Below are positions 1-16,020 of a DNA stretch of 64,000 nt, piece by piece (within the stretch, counting starts at the first letter, position 1; each line of letters begins with the position of its first letter). The DNA is taken from contig OZ024741.1 of the NCBI GenBank assembly GCA_964016885.1, forward strand, positions 95,914,001-95,978,000, given 5' to 3'. The notes below the pieces were generated by a model. The model was not told where the DNA came from, did no database searches, and saw nothing but the letters and a program-made list of their open reading frames with translations. Origin of the DNA: Eledone cirrhosa. Its lineage: Eukaryota. The position numbers and the translations under genes are program-made.

Positions 1-39
1 TGAATTTCCCCATTGGAAAACATTGGAAATAGAAACAAC

Positions 40-490
40 AAATCAAATTTCTCAAAGCATGAATGGAAGAACTTAATTGATTTACAAAAAACCCCCACTG
101 AAATCACCATTAAAGAAGCTGATAAAGGTAACACTGTTGTCATCATTAACACGAACTACTATAAAGATCTGGCACTATAAAGATCTGGCATCTAAAATGT
201 TAGAAGATAACAGTTACTATGAAAAAATCCTCTAGCTACAAACAATAAAAACAATGAAAAATCTTCTAACTCTTCAAAATAAGTATCTAACTCTTCAAAA
301 TAAGTACTGCAAAGGTCTCGCCACAAAAGAAATCGATTACATAAGCCACTTCAAACGCTCAGCTAGCATAGTCCTGCCGAAACCACAAAATTGCAAACAG
401 ATAAATGACGCTTGTAAAACCTCGACAACCAAATACATCCAGTTAACAACTCTTAAGGATTTAAAGCTGCAGCCAATTATAGTAGGCCAT
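40..490 (+). pseudogene. Decayed Penelope-like element (PLE) reverse transcriptase N-terminal fragment
   Basis: Manual translation from 43 gives SNFSKHEWKNLIDLQKTPTEITIKEADKGNTVVIINTNYYKDLA, then KMLEDNSYYEKI and LPKPQN...LKLQPIIVG. These match the PLE IK.ADKG..VV and LPK.HK...RPIV motifs. Broken by two short tandem duplications (16 bp and 21 bp). Confidence 0.75.
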
Positions 491-1044
491 CACTTGCAAT
501 CGAATAACTCGTTGGTATATGTTACGTTTGCGCTAAGGATTTTTTTTAAGTGTCCTTGCAATCGTGAGCAGACTTAAACACTTTCTCTGCCCTTCTAGCA
601 GAGATAGACTATATAATATATCAGATGTTCTGATTTGCTGTTCATTTCTCCATTTATGTTAAATAATTGTCCGGAACTAGTATTAAATTAGTTTCATACG
701 GCGCTACTGTATGTCAGACACAAGTTTTATTGGAAAGTTTGAAATTATTTTCTGATGTAAATATTCCTCTGTGAGAGTTTTTGAGGGTCTTTGGTTGGCG
801 AGATCTTGCATTTTTATGCATTGTAACATGATGAGCAGGTTTACATTAATGCTGGCAAATAAGTTTGCTACTTTTCGATCCTAATTTTTAATAAACAGAA
901 TAATATATTCCTCAACTTTCTATCTAGAAGTGTATCCAGTTGTTTCTTTGCCTTTTTAATCCCGTAATCTATTAAATTCAACTGTTTTATTTCCATTTAC
1001 AATAAACTTTATCAAATTATATTATACCAAAGGGTCTTATAATC

Positions 1045-1179
<135 letters not shown>

Positions 1180-3134
1180 CATTCACAAAGCATTGCTCAA
1201 TTTATCAATGAAAACATTTGCCTAAGAGTTACGCATTAATGTTCAAATTTAAAAAAAAATGAAATGCGTGATGTCGCTTAATATTAATTTCAGAATATAT
1301 ATTTTCAGACAAATATGTGTATTTTAGCTTTAACGTGTGTAAATGATTTTCAGTCTATATGATCGCAGCCCCAATTGAATAATTTAAACAATAAACAAAT
1401 ATGTTAAATACTCGTAAAAAGTTAATTCTTTAAATTAGATCCTTATATTTTATCCCACGTGAGTTTCCTTTACTTCTGCTTTCGTTTACATTACCCCCGT
1501 TGTGGCAACGACAAGATAAAAGTGATGAGCTTTTATTCATCATCAAACGACTTGAAGATACTTCTGTAAATATTACGTTCAATACTACCAACGAATTTAA
1601 TCAAGAAAGACTGGCGTGAAATTATTCCTGTATTGCCAACATGTCACGTGCGATACATAGAATCATACATCTCTAGATGATACGAGCCAACTCGTAGTAG
1701 GTCTCTATGGACTCACTTCACCCGCTAGAAATAACAGCCATATAGCCATTAAATTACAGCCTACCGTATTATAAAATAAAAGGGCACTAAGAATAATTTA
1801 ATTATAGATTCATTATGTGCGAATAAAAAAGAACAAGAAGGTGACGACTGATGGGTATTTGAAAATATGTCAGATCAAATCGAGTAGCCATAGGGCTAAA
1901 ATATTGACTAGGGATAGAAAATATTTCAACTCCAACAACTATTAACACTTTAGAAAGCTTAAGGGAGCTACTATTTCTCTCGTCACCCTTCTTGTATGCA
2001 CTCAAGACCCTGCATTAATAACTATACCAAATCCTCTGTCTTCAGAAGATCTTCTCTTCGAAATTCTTCCAAGAGGATCGTTAATCACGTGAAGTTCACC
2101 GTTTTCGCCGGGTCTATGAAGACCATGGAAAAACCATGGAAACAACCTCTTCTTCCAGACCAAACCATTAAAATATAACAATGGCAATAGCAATACTAGA
2201 TAATAGCTCCATGATCCCTAAACACTCTATCGAGTTCATTGCCGCTAAGCCTTTAAACAGCAATCCTAATTACAATTTTTTTCTTTAATCAACACAAAGA
2301 CTTTTCTAAATAGTCTAAAGAACTCTTGTACTATATCTAAATATTCCTCCTTAAATCTAGATGGCCAGAATGGTTGATATTCTTTATTGTCTGAATACTT
2401 CATGCTTGTAACCTTAGAGGTATGTAAATCAAAGCTGACGCCCGTAAGAATTAAAAAATGATAGTATCAAGGGACGCAACTAGGGACTTAGTCTAGTATT
2501 CTATCTACTATTTCTGCCTCCTCACTATCTTGGTATTGTTAAATATTTGCAGGAAAAGGGTTGTATAACTATATGATTTATACTTATTTTTATTAAATTC
2601 TGAGAGATGAAAGATAAAGGAAAGATCCATAAGATTTGAAGTCAGAATATTAAAAGCATAATTAATTTCTACAAAACATGTTTTTTCTCTTTCTACTGTC
2701 TTTCAGTTTGTTAAAAACTGCGTCGATTAATGAATTCTTAAAAAATCAATGATTTACAAAATAGACAAAAGGAAAATGTCCTACTCACTACGGCTTTTGA
2801 TTGAAGTAATTACTTCATGTATAAAACATCATATCTCCTAGAAAGTTTCATCAAATATACTAAGAAAACCGAAGAAAACCTTTTAATGGCGTAGTCAGTA
2901 GAGGAAGTCTGAGGCCAAGATCCTTTACAGAGCAGCTGATGAATATTGAAACGTTTTCAGTAAAACCCTCCAAATTCTTCATTAATTAATTAAAATATAA
3001 AGTATTTTATTAGAATACCGCAACAAAAGGGTTAAGACGGAGATGAATGTTTTGAATGAGATTTACTTGTTATTACCAGGAGACTGTACTTCCGCATATA
3101 GGCTTCTTCAGTTACTCACCACCGATTTACTCTC

Positions 3135-3365
3135 GTTGTTATTGTTTAACCTAAGTTCAGCCCTCCTCATGTAGGCCTATGTTCCAAGGTGTTGCTACCG
3201 TAACCCTTACCTCGCATTATACAGGTAGGATATGCTGACCTTGTGTCTATACAAGAAACCATTATACAGGTAGGATTACATTAACTTGTGCGTCTTTTAT
3301 CTAAGAGAGTAGGTTTTGATTTGAGGAAGAGCTGGCTGTTATTACTAAGCTACCTTGATGGTTCT
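3135..3365 (+). mobile_element. Degenerate copy of an old dispersed SINE-like repeat family
   Basis: Motif gatttgagg.aga..tggctg.tatt.cta and a tgttgtttaac...gaccta.gatc head recur at about 25720-26100, 27790-28270 and 39120-39310 on +, and at about 1690-1800, 8960-9110 and 45240-45600 on -. Confidence 0.5.
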
Positions 3366-4176
3366 TTAAATATTCTCACATAGTTGAAGAGATGGTACAT
3401 CAAAATCTTCTCAGTTTTTAAAATCTCCATTTGTATATAATTACCAACGATATATTTACTTCATTGCCATTATACAGTCAGACTTTGTGTTGGGTAAAAA
3501 CATTTGAAAAAAAAAATGGAATAAATTAGTTTCCTGTAAGAAAGGGGAAAATCTAATGTATCGTTTCGGAGAGAACCCTTAATCGGAGAGAGATGATTTC
3601 TAATAGTACCGAAATAGATATATTAGGACTAGTAAGAAATGGAGAAAAATAAAAGGAAAATAGTGAGAGTTAAGAGTGGGCGGAGGTCCAGAAGAGGAAA
3701 CTAATGAGTTATTTTTACTGTTTAGTCAGGGAAGGGCATCGTCTATTACCCTTTTCAGGGATACTAGACTGGGAGGAAGAGGACAGATGTCTTCAAATCG
3801 GAGACCTCACTGTAATGCTTGCAACTGAGTGCATTTTATTAAATGAACCATAGGGCTAGGTAGAGGTGTTAAACAACGGTCAAATCAAGCAGATAATGGA
3901 CAGGAGCATTGGCAAATTTGAAATGTAATGAGGAAAATAACGGGTAAAGATAAGAAGAAACAAAGACAACTAGGAAATGATATATACTCTCAACCAACCA
4001 AACTTGGCATCGAATCTACAAAACTTTAGAATGAGAAAAATTACACCTTGAATAAATCGAAATTATCTTCAGTCAGCTATTCTGAACAAAAGGCGGGAAT
4101 ATTCTTTGATTAGAGGTCTGCTATATGAGACCTATTGGCTAAATCCTCCTCCTTGTTTCTTTCTAGGTAGCCGCAT

Positions 4177-4448
<272 letters not shown>

Positions 4449-4714
4449 TTTCAATCTTTGAAACACACAAAGACAGACTTTCTCGAACAAATATGCACAA
4501 GCTCCCGAACACACGCACACATACTCACAAACACACGCACATTCACCTATATACACTGTTTCTGTTACACATACCCAGCTACACACGTTTCATTGCCTAC
4601 ACATAGCATACACATAGGAAACACATAAGAAACACACATGTGCTTATTCGTATACAATCAAAATCTCGCTCTCACACATACAATCTGATTATCTATCAGA
4701 CACTCTTTATTATA

Positions 4715-5860
4715 AACACACACATACGCACACACAAACACCCTCATACATATATACATACACATATACATGCACATATACACACATACACATGTGTACA
4801 TATACATTTACACACATATACACACATAGATACACACATATACATACACACATATACATACACACATACGCACATATGTACATATACACTTAATCACGAA
4901 GATACATACACATACACATACACACATACATACACACACACACGCACATATACACAAATATGCACGTATACACGAAGATTCATATACATACATATACATA
5001 CACACATACATATGCACGCGCATACATATACATACACATATGTACATATACACTTATATACAAAGATGCATACATACATACATACACACATACATACACA
5101 TATAGACACTCATATACACACATACACATATACACATATGTACATATACACGTATACACGAAGATGCATACACACATATATATACATATACACGCATATA
5201 TACACTCAAACACATATACACATATGCACGTATACACGAAGATTCATATACATACACATACATGCACACATACAGACAAATATACACGCGCATACACACA
5301 CACATACACACACACATCACACATACACATATGTACATACACACATATGCACATATGCACATATACACGAAGATACATATATACATACACACTGTATGTT
5401 CATTTGTCAATCGTTCTCCCTATAGTTCTATCTGTTCCTTTCACTATGTCTCCCTTTTAATCACACAGACACATATACACACATATACACATAGAAACAT
5501 ACACACAAATATGTACGCATATACACACATACATACATGCATATGCACATGCACACACACACACATACACATGCACATGCACACGTACACATACACATAT
5601 ACGCATACACATATACACATACAAACATACACACACACACACATACACACCTACACATACACATAGACACAAATACATACACATATACACACATACACAC
5701 ATACACACATCCACACATACACATGCACACATGCACATACCCACATACACATGCACACATTCACATACAAATATACACACATTCATATACCCATACACAC
5801 ATATACACACATACACACATACACATACACATATACACATGCACACATACAAATACATCC
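4715..5860. repeat. Long degenerate (CA/TA) compound microsatellite with recurring cacgaagat subunits
   Basis: Directly visible low-complexity tract. Confidence 0.9.
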
Positions 5861-6296
5861 ACAATCCACACTGTCCATTCCGTTGCCACTCTCTCTGCCT
5901 CCCCCTATATCTATCTCTTCCTCTGACTATCACTCTCTACGTATCGCCCCCCCCACCTCTCTTGATTCTATCTGTTATTTTTGCACCACTCCACATCAGA
6001 ATCTCTCTCTGTTCTTTTATTATTCTGTAAATCTGCTCGGACCGTTGCACATATTCCTTTAACCCTCTCTTTAGATTCTTCTCTTTTGCTCTGTCCCGTT
6101 GTCTTTCAATTCTTACTCTCTCTTACAACTATCACTTACCCCTCACTATCATTCATTAGCTCTCACTATTCCTCTCTACATTTGTTCTCGGTATCTTTCT
6201 CACTGTGTCACAGACACAAATATCTACAATAAAACCGACACACACACACATACACACAGAGATACACACACACACACAGATGCACAAACACACACA

Positions 6297-6820
<524 letters not shown>

Positions 6821-7458
6821 TGTAAATGCAAATATGCGCACACACACACAGACACATACATGCACACACACACACACACACACGCATATATATATATGTG
6901 TACACATATATATATATATATAATACATACAATAGTGGTACGTCACACCAACTACGTCACATCAACGTTGATGCTATATAGCAAAGCCATTGCGCATGAT
7001 CGATTTGCTTGGATGGTAACGTGCAAGAAAGTGGCTGCTGTCAAACTGTAAACAAAGTTTGCTGGGCTCCCTAGAGATATACTGGCTGCAATCCATCACA
7101 ACTAGCAAGCAAATGCATCTTTCTCACGCCTTAACTATCAAAACGAGTGGTATTCCCGTGGGAACGAAAGCTATATAAGAACCCTTTCAATTCTTGCCTC
7201 TCTTCTTCTTCTTTTAACAATGTTTAGCTCTGACAGTTTTAGACATTAGAGGGCCGCTGCTTAAAAACCGCAGGCATTTCGTGTGGCATGTAATCAACTG
7301 CGTAATTTCTGAACATCGACTGCCTCCTATTTGTGTAGGTACACTAATCACACTCGCGCACACGCATACGCATGCAAACACGCGCACATCCACGCTCATG
7401 TAGGTTCATAACTTCCCTATACGTGTCATACACACGAGTCATTCAGTACACATTCAGT

Positions 7459-7513
<55 letters not shown>

Positions 7514-7771
7514 CATATAAAATATATTTATAGATATGTCTACGTTAAGTAGCTACTCCGAGTTTCTCATCCTCGGTTCTCGTAAGCATAGGAAGTGGAA
7601 ATCTCCACGTATTGCATTACGTTGAAATTTACACCAACATGTATCCATAATTGCCTAAATTATCTATCTCTATATATATATATATATATATATGTATCTA
7701 TCTATCTAACCATCATATATATATATATCTACATCTATCAACCTATCTATGCGTGTATATATATGTATACA

Positions 7772-7874
<103 letters not shown>

Positions 7875-8181
7875 GTCTATATATATATATATATGCACCC
7901 TTGTCCTATCTTGTAATCATTGCATTACGTCTTCAGTTTGGTGCATCTTCGGTTTCGTACGCACACTTTCTGCGTAGTTTTCTTTGTCCATTTAGTTGAA
8001 GTTGTTTTACCATATGTTGCCGTATCGACTTGTATTGCAATTGCTGGTGCTCTGGAGTGAGTGATTACGTCCTTAGTTTCATCGAAATCATGGTGATCTC
8101 CAGCGGACAGCCAATGTGTCCGTTTGTTCGTTTTGCACCGATTTTCCAACGTCCTTTACCATGGAGTGCGCTCAGAATTTG

Positions 8182-8230
<49 letters not shown>

Positions 8231-8233
8231 TTA

Positions 8234-8315
<82 letters not shown>
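8182..8315. repeat. (ACT)n microsatellite
   Basis: Directly visible. Confidence 0.97.
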
Positions 8316-8316
<1 letters not shown>

Positions 8317-8493
8317 ACACACGCATGTGTGTGTTTGTGTGTAATCTGTAACGTAAGTTGAGGAAATGCAAATGGACTCTGCAACGGTAGTACATTATGT
8401 GAAGCTGGGGAGTAATACTTTACTATGATATGATAATCGATCCTATACTGTATAGTATTGTGATGTGTAGTTCTGTATTATTATTATGTGAAG

Positions 8494-8686
8494 GGGCGGC
8501 GATTTGGCAGTATCGGTAGTGGGTTGGACGCCATGCTTTCCAGCATAGTTACGTCCTATTACGGTCTGAGTTCAAATCCCGTCGAGGTTAACTTTGCCTT
8601 TCATCCTTACGGGGTCAATAAAATAAAGTACCAGTAATGTACTGGGTATTTGCTGTCCTTGTGCCAAAAGTAGAAACAATTATTAT
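8494..8686 (+). mobile_element. tRNA-derived SINE, family 1 (Meta-domain-like core)
   Basis: A-box-like tggcagtatcggtag, B-box gagttcaaatccc, core ctttgcctttcatccttacggggtc.ataaaataaagtaccag and an (att)n tail. Several copies in the window. Confidence 0.85.
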
Positions 8687-9559
8687 GTGAAGGCCGTTCA
8701 AGTACTGTACTAATATAATGGGAAATTCTACTCTGACGGTTCGGTATATCATTTTGAAGGAAATAATAAAACGGGGCTCTGATTTCTGGCAATAATCATC
8801 AACTTGGAGAGGGGTGATGTCCGCCGAGCAGGCTATCTTAACCTAGACACCTTACATATATGCGATTCTATCTGTAGTGTTAATCAAATGCCTATTAAAG
8901 TTTACGAGAGATTTACATTAATTTCATAGTTTTTAAGTAGATGAGACGACAAATCTTCAAACCACATCTTACTGTCTTAAGAAAGGAAGGACACATTTGA
9001 GAAAGTAGCTTAAGATACACCATATCTCAAAATAAAGACGGGAAGGACACTTTTGGAACGGTTTTTGAATGTATGTCTACTTGTTCACGACTGACATGCT
9101 GCTGAACAACCGCTTCTACAAATATAAGGAGCTGTGACAACCCAAACTACCCTTTTACAAAACGTTCTTTATTTTTTATGATAAGCAATCTGTCAAGTCT
9201 GTCGACTTTAAGAGGCAACATTAAGTTATCAATGTCAAGGATATATTACCCTGTGGCCATTAGCATTGTATTTGTTGTAGAAAGAAGCAATTGTGAGTTG
9301 AAGAAGTGTATAGAAGGGTGAGAGTGTGAGGATGAGTAATGGTGAGGTGAAGGAAAAAGAAATATTTTGGGGAGAGTGAGAAAGGAGTTATAGTAAAGTT
9401 GAGGGTGAGGAATGAAGGAATGGGTATAACGATTGGGAAATAGTTAGGCGAAAAATAAGAAGTATGAGAATGAGTATGATGATTGCTTTTCTTCTATATT
9501 TCTTTTTCACATATTCCTTTTATGTTATTTGAAATACTGGTTATACAACGTTGGTTTTT

Positions 9560-10060
9560 CTTACTTGTCACATATAAGATTCTCTTCGTTTCATGAAATA
9601 TATAAATTGCCAAGTAACTTGTAACTGTTACATTGTAGTCTCCTGATTCTCTCTAATCGTTGTCTATATATAGTTTACTAACTCTAACTCGTGTATGTAA
9701 CTCCCTGTTCACCTTTCTGAAGCGACTGTCTATTTTATTCAATTCAGTTTTCGTCCACGGAGGAAAATATCTTAAAATATCTCAATAATAGTATATTTCA
9801 GATGTTGATTTCCTTATTAATGGTCCGTCCTTCCATTTAGTTTTGTCTCAAAGAGTTCCTCCACTCTTCCATATTATCATCATCCTTTCCTTTCATGTTT
9901 CTTTGTTTCACCTCGTTAATAAGTAACTCATCAAAATATTAACATCTCTCTCACTATCATTTCTTTTACTTTTAATCCTTGAAAGGGCTCTTTTCCTGGA
10001 TTGAACATTTGTCTACTTTTTATAACAAACATATATTTCTCAATACCTCACTGCATCCTC
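9560..10060 (-). pseudogene. Decayed R4/Dong-like LINE fragment (post-RT region)
   Basis: Minus-strand translation with frameshifts gives ETKLNG..INKEIN...LRYF...WTKTELNKIDSRFRK...LHTRVRVSKLYI, resembling the LN..N...AIN...Y....W...EL...D...RK...H....RLY pattern of this clade. Confidence 0.5.
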
Positions 10061-11479
10061 ACCAATATTTCAGATGGAAATTAGAACAAGCGATGTCATT
10101 GAACTTAATGCCGTTTTAATTTTGGAGTAAACTTAGAAGTTATCTGTATACACTGAATGATTGGAAACATGTAATATCGATATTTATATTTTTCACTATA
10201 CGAGGAGAATAACGTTCTCACAGCGGGGCTTGTAAATTAAAAACTAGTAATACAAAAATTACATTTATCTTAAAATGTTAGTATTTGTTAAAGTTTTTAT
10301 AGTAATATATACAATCTGTTATATGCAGCTCGGCAGACGACACTAAAGTGATGCTGGAGATCAAGACAAACAAAGGTATTTACGCCGTCCAACAAGACCT
10401 ATACACCATATAAAGCTAGGTATATGGGAATAACTTTCTTCTATGACCTCCATTACAGTCAAAAGGTCCAACAACGGAATATTTTACTGAAGTTCAATCA
10501 TGGGATAATTGAAGAATCTGAACTCGTTGTTGACTTGAGTGTAGATATGCCTGCATATATATATGTTTCTCTAAACACATCTACAGATTGCCAAATGATC
10601 AGAGCCTGACTCCTAGCTGAATTTTCTATTACAGACTCAGCAAGAGTATTGAAACTCAGGAAATACCTACTTTAGCAACTTATTATTACTTGTTTTACTT
10701 TCATATCAAGCTTAATGTAAGAATCTATACCTCTTGCCCGACTACATAAGGCTTGTAAGCGTATTTATACCCAACTAAAATATTCCAGTACGCCTAAACT
10801 AACGATAGTTTCGACTGATATCTTAACACATTTTCTCAAACAATTAGCGTAATTCACTATATTACAAGATAGCAAACTCTTCTACTGAATACAGCTAAAC
10901 AACTTCGTATTTAGATGTTATTGTAACTAATTATTGGCTAAAATCGTAATTGGCGCAGTTTTAAGGCTTTTACATAAAATTATAATTAAAGCCTTCCCCC
11001 CCACTTTATATATATACAGTAAATTAAATCATTAAACTTACTTACGTTCGGATTATTAAAATATTTATAATTTTGTAATAAGACAATATTCAACTATAAG
11101 GTGTACATTTTATTAATTATAATCAAGCGCGGATTCAAATTTCCTGTTTCATTTTAATCGCTAAATTGACTAATAACCCTAATTGTCCCACCCTTATTGT
11201 CAGTAAACCTGTTTACTCACTCGCACAGAATCACGTACACACACATATATATATATGCACACAGACATGATGTCTCTCCCGTGTTTTTAATTTAGTAACT
11301 TCATCTTGTGACCTCTTCATCTTCGTTGTTTACATTTAATAATCACCTCACCTCCATATTTAGTGGCTTTGCTCTCCACCAGTTAGTTAAACCATCTTAT
11401 TTCAAGTAATCTTTATAAATGTACTCTCACATTCTTTCTGATACAGTCTAAGAACCTGGATTCAATCGAAACTTCGAGG

Positions 11480-12180
11480 TCACTGTCAGCTATTTTCATT
11501 ATCATCTTCACGTGCTGGTTGCACGCATCGCCAAGACTCTCCTTCTCCGCCCGTCTCAGTCGTCAATCGCTCATTTGAAGATTGTACTCAGCATTCCCAA
11601 ATAACTGTTTGTTATAGGTTCTGGAAGGTCTGTCCACGTTGGTATATCCATACGTTGGTATCCATAACAACACATCGCTGACAATGTCTTTCTTTGCTCA
11701 CCAGCAGTGTCACACCGATCTGGTTTGTTTCTCACGGATTGAATGAGAGATTGTAGGTAGCTGGCAATAATGTTGCCTTTTATTGTAGGATGCTGCTTCC
11801 AGGATACGTTTAAAGTCGCTTTAAGCACTCTTGTGTACGTTCCATCAAATATCTTCCCGAGTCTCGAGCCCACGTAGTATATACATATAACCGAACTGAT
11901 TTCACTGTCATTTGGAAGAATTAGTGTTTCATTCGTTTGGGGAGAATTGATTTCCAAATTGTATTTAGCCTATCCAAGGTATCCCAAGCTTTGCCGATAC
12001 GCGTATTTATTTGGCTTTTAGTGCGATCTTACTTCAGGATCTTGCTTCCAAGATGAACTAGTCAATTTCTCCAGGAGGTTTGCCGATTACTGAATCTATA
12101 CCGCCATCCTGGTTGTAACAAATGTATTCTGTCTTGTTCGCATTTACATAACATATTTTATCAGTAAATGTTTCTATGGT
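11480..12180 (-). pseudogene. Decayed RTE/RTE-X-like LINE 3' fragment
   Basis: RIGKAWDTLDRLNTIWK then FDGTYTRVLKATLNVSWKQHPT, typical of the region after the RT in RTE-group LINEs. Frameshifted. Confidence 0.7.
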
Positions 12181-12648
12181 TTTAATGCATTTAATATATA
12201 TAAGTTAAAAACCTATGCATCTTATAATACTTAAAATTATTTATTTTCTGTTTAAAATTCTGATATTTTTTAACATGTGCGTTCAATTGAATTGACGTCA
12301 TTTTTACCCCAGTGACAACAGATCTCAATAAATAGAGGAAGCGATGTCATTAATCTTTTCTCTGCATCAGTTTTGAATTTAGTATGTGTATGTGTTTTTA
12401 AAGAACACACCAACTTTCGGTATCTAAATTCACTGTTCAACAGGTTATAATATAATATCAGCACTTTATAAAACAGTAAAATCACCATGTTAACCCAAAT
12501 TAGATATATTGTATTTTCAATACATGTTGTTTTTTTGTATATGCGTATATTTTTTTCGTAATCATTTTTCATATATACATTTCGCTATTTCAAATGGAAA
12601 AAAAAAGGAAAAAAACCTACTCGATCGCTTTCAAAATTTGCAATTCAA

Positions 12649-12748
<100 letters not shown>

Positions 12749-12774
12749 TCATATATATATATATATATATATAT

Positions 12775-14376
12775 ATAAATGGAATAGAATGAAACGAAAT
12801 TTCATTTCTCACTCTTAGTACGGCACATACTTAAATGTAAGTATGTATGTATACGTACATACATATATGTATACAGACGTACAGTAGTATGTATATATAT
12901 ACACACTTGCACACATATATATTTGCACGTATCGGTTTACCGAACAATTATTATAATGCTCGGTTTGTTTGTTTGTAAACAAACAGCCCGAATTACGCCG
13001 TACAGTGTTTAGGCAACCAAGTCACCTTTTTGTTCAACACTGACACAGGAACGATGTACTAGTTTCAAGCTTATTAGCTATCGTCACCATCGTATACCTT
13101 CCTGCCAGATGGTTGAACGTCTGAAAGTATATACTTTCCTTATGCATATTAACGGCTGAGCAGCCTAATTTGCATATCGAGTGAGTTCAGTCGGCCGGGC
13201 ACACCGTAAACGATAAATGGAATAGAATGAAACAAAATTTCATTTCTCACTCTTAGTACGTCACTTACTTAAATGTAAGTATGTATGTATGTATACGTAC
13301 ATACATATATGTATACAGACGTATACACACATGCACACATATATATATGCACGTATCGGTTTACCGAACATTTATTATAATGTCAGTGTTGAACAAAAAG
13401 GTGACGTGGTTGCCTAAACACTGTACGGCGTAATTCGGGCTGTTTGTTTACAAACAAACAAACCGAGCAGTATAATAAATATTCAGTAAACCGATACGTG
13501 CATATATATGTGTGTGCATGTGTGTATATATATACATACTACTGTACGTCTGTATACATATATGTATGTACGTATACATACATACGTACTTACATTTAAG
13601 TAAGTACCGTACTAAGAGTGAGAAATGAAATTTCGTATGTATGTATACGTACATACATATATGTATACAGACGTACAGTAGTATGTATATATATACACAC
13701 ATGCACACACATATATATGCACGTATCGGTTTACTGAATATTTATTATACTGCTCGGTTTGTTTGTTTGTAAACAAACAGCCCGAATTACGCCGTACAGT
13801 GTTTAGACAACCACGTCACCTTTTTGTTCAACACTGACATTATAATAAATGTTCGGTAAACATGAGCATTATAATAAATGTTCGGTAAAACTATACGTGC
13901 ATATATATATGTGTGCATGTGTGCATACGTCTGTATACATATATGTATGTACGTATACATACATACATACTTACATTTAACTAAGTGACGTACTAAGAGT
14001 GAGAAATGAAATTTTGTTTCATTCTATTCCATTTATCGTTTACGGTGTGCCCGGCCGACTGAACTCACTCGATATGCAAATTAGGCTGCTCAGCCGTTAA
14101 TATGCATAAGGAAAGTATATACTTTCAGACGTTCAACCATCTGGCAGGAAGGTATACGATGGTGACGATAGCTAATAAGCTTGAAACTAGTACATCGTTC
14201 CTGTGTCAGTGTTGAATAAAAAGGTGACGTGGTTGCCTAAACACTGTACGGCGTAATTCGGGCTGTTTGTTTAAAAACCGATACGTGCATATATATATAT
14301 GTGTGCATGTGTGTATATATATACATACTACTGAACGTCTGTATACATATATGTATGTACGTATACATACATACTT

Positions 14377-14378
<2 letters not shown>
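12775..14378. repeat. Nested tandem plus inverted repeat forming a palindrome of about 1.5 kb
   Basis: A 438-bp unit (12775-13212) restarts at 13213 and inverts at about 13383. Segment 13637-14378 is the reverse complement of about 12836-13590 with small indels. Confidence 0.92.
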
Positions 14379-14464
<86 letters not shown>

Positions 14465-14679
14465 CCATATATATATATATATATATGTACGTGTGTGTGT
14501 ATTCGTCCACACATATATATATGTATACAATTATTCTATCAATCAGTATATTTCTATTTCTCTCTCTCTCTCTCTTTATATATATGTTCAACACTTTCAT
14601 GTACATACCTGTTCTCTCCTTATCCAAACTCTGCAGTTTCCGACGAAGGAATCCCGTCCAAAACGTAGAACCTTCCTCC

Positions 14680-14941
<262 letters not shown>

Positions 14942-14984
14942 TATATATATATATTATATATATATTATATATATATATATGTGT

Positions 14985-15170
14985 GTGGTGGATTGGCAGT
15001 ATCGGTAGAGGGTTGGACGCCATGCTTTCCAGCATAGTTACGTCCCTTTACGATCTGACTTCAAATCCCGCCGAGGTTGACTTTGCTTTTTATCCTTACG
15101 GGGTCGATAAAATAAAGTACCAGTAATGCACTGGGTAATTGCTGGCTTTGTGCCTAAAGTAGAAACAATT
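14985..15170 (+). mobile_element. tRNA-derived SINE, family 1
   Basis: Closely matches 8494-8686. Confidence 0.87.
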
Positions 15171-15560
15171 ATATATATATATATATATATATACGCATTC
15201 CAAAGTTTTCAGCGATATATTACAATATATAACTTCTTTCATTTTCTTTTTCAATTTCTATTTTTACAATTTTCTACTTCTGTACAAATTTACGTTTCAA
15301 ACATCTCTATTACAAATTTGTAGTTTTGCATATTTACTTTCGGCCTTTCTTAAATTGCTTCTCAAAATTTAATTTTCAGAGTAACTTACATTTTTTTTAT
15401 TTGATATATTTGCCATTGTTAACATGTTATGCCCTCTTAACGAATTTTAAAAGCTTCAATTGAAGTTCGCTTATATTGCATTTTCGATTTCTATCTATTT
15501 CATCAAATTTATTTAATGTTTATATATTTCCATTTCCATTTCCATTTCGTATCCTCCCTA

Positions 15561-15773
15561 TACATATACATGGCGGCTGCCAACTCGTTTTCGAGTACGG
15601 CCACTACTTTATATCCATGGAGGGGAACCCCTACCGATGCGCTGAAGGAGTGTGATTTTTAGTCCAGCCAGCGACTTGAAAACTCTGGTACAACCACTAC
15701 ACTTGTGACAATTATTGACACATAGTGCTGGGCCCATGGTACAATGTGACGACAAGTGCAGAGAGATCTCCAG
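15561..15773 (-). mobile_element. 3' terminal fragment of an RTE-like LINE
   Basis: Minus strand encodes CSGCTRVFKSLAGLK (C2H2-like end of RTE ORFs), then a ctcg-aaaa-cgag stem-loop and an atgt-type tail. Adjacent to a (TACA)n array. Confidence 0.5.
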
Positions 15774-15806
15774 ATACATACATACATACATACATACATA
15801 CATACA

Positions 15807-15838
<32 letters not shown>

Positions 15839-15914
15839 CATACATACATACATACATACATACATACATACATACATACATACACATACATACATACATA
15901 CATACATACATACA

Positions 15915-15964
<50 letters not shown>
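15774..15964. repeat. (TACA)n/(TA)n microsatellite
   Basis: Directly visible. Confidence 0.97.
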
Positions 15965-15967
<3 letters not shown>

Positions 15968-16020
15968 CTCTTTTACCTGTTTCAGCCATCCGGCTGAGGC
16001 CATGCTGGTGCACCGCCCTT
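15968..16020 (-). mobile_element. SINE 3' fragment
   Basis: ctcttttacctgtttcagccatccggctgaggccatgctggtgcaccgcc resembles, from recall, a very abundant Octopus SINE end. Not verifiable here. Confidence 0.55.

Noticed and set aside
1850-2450. Possible old LINE remnant on the minus strand
   Set aside because: Only vague similarity (RVLSAYK); too decayed to support a call.
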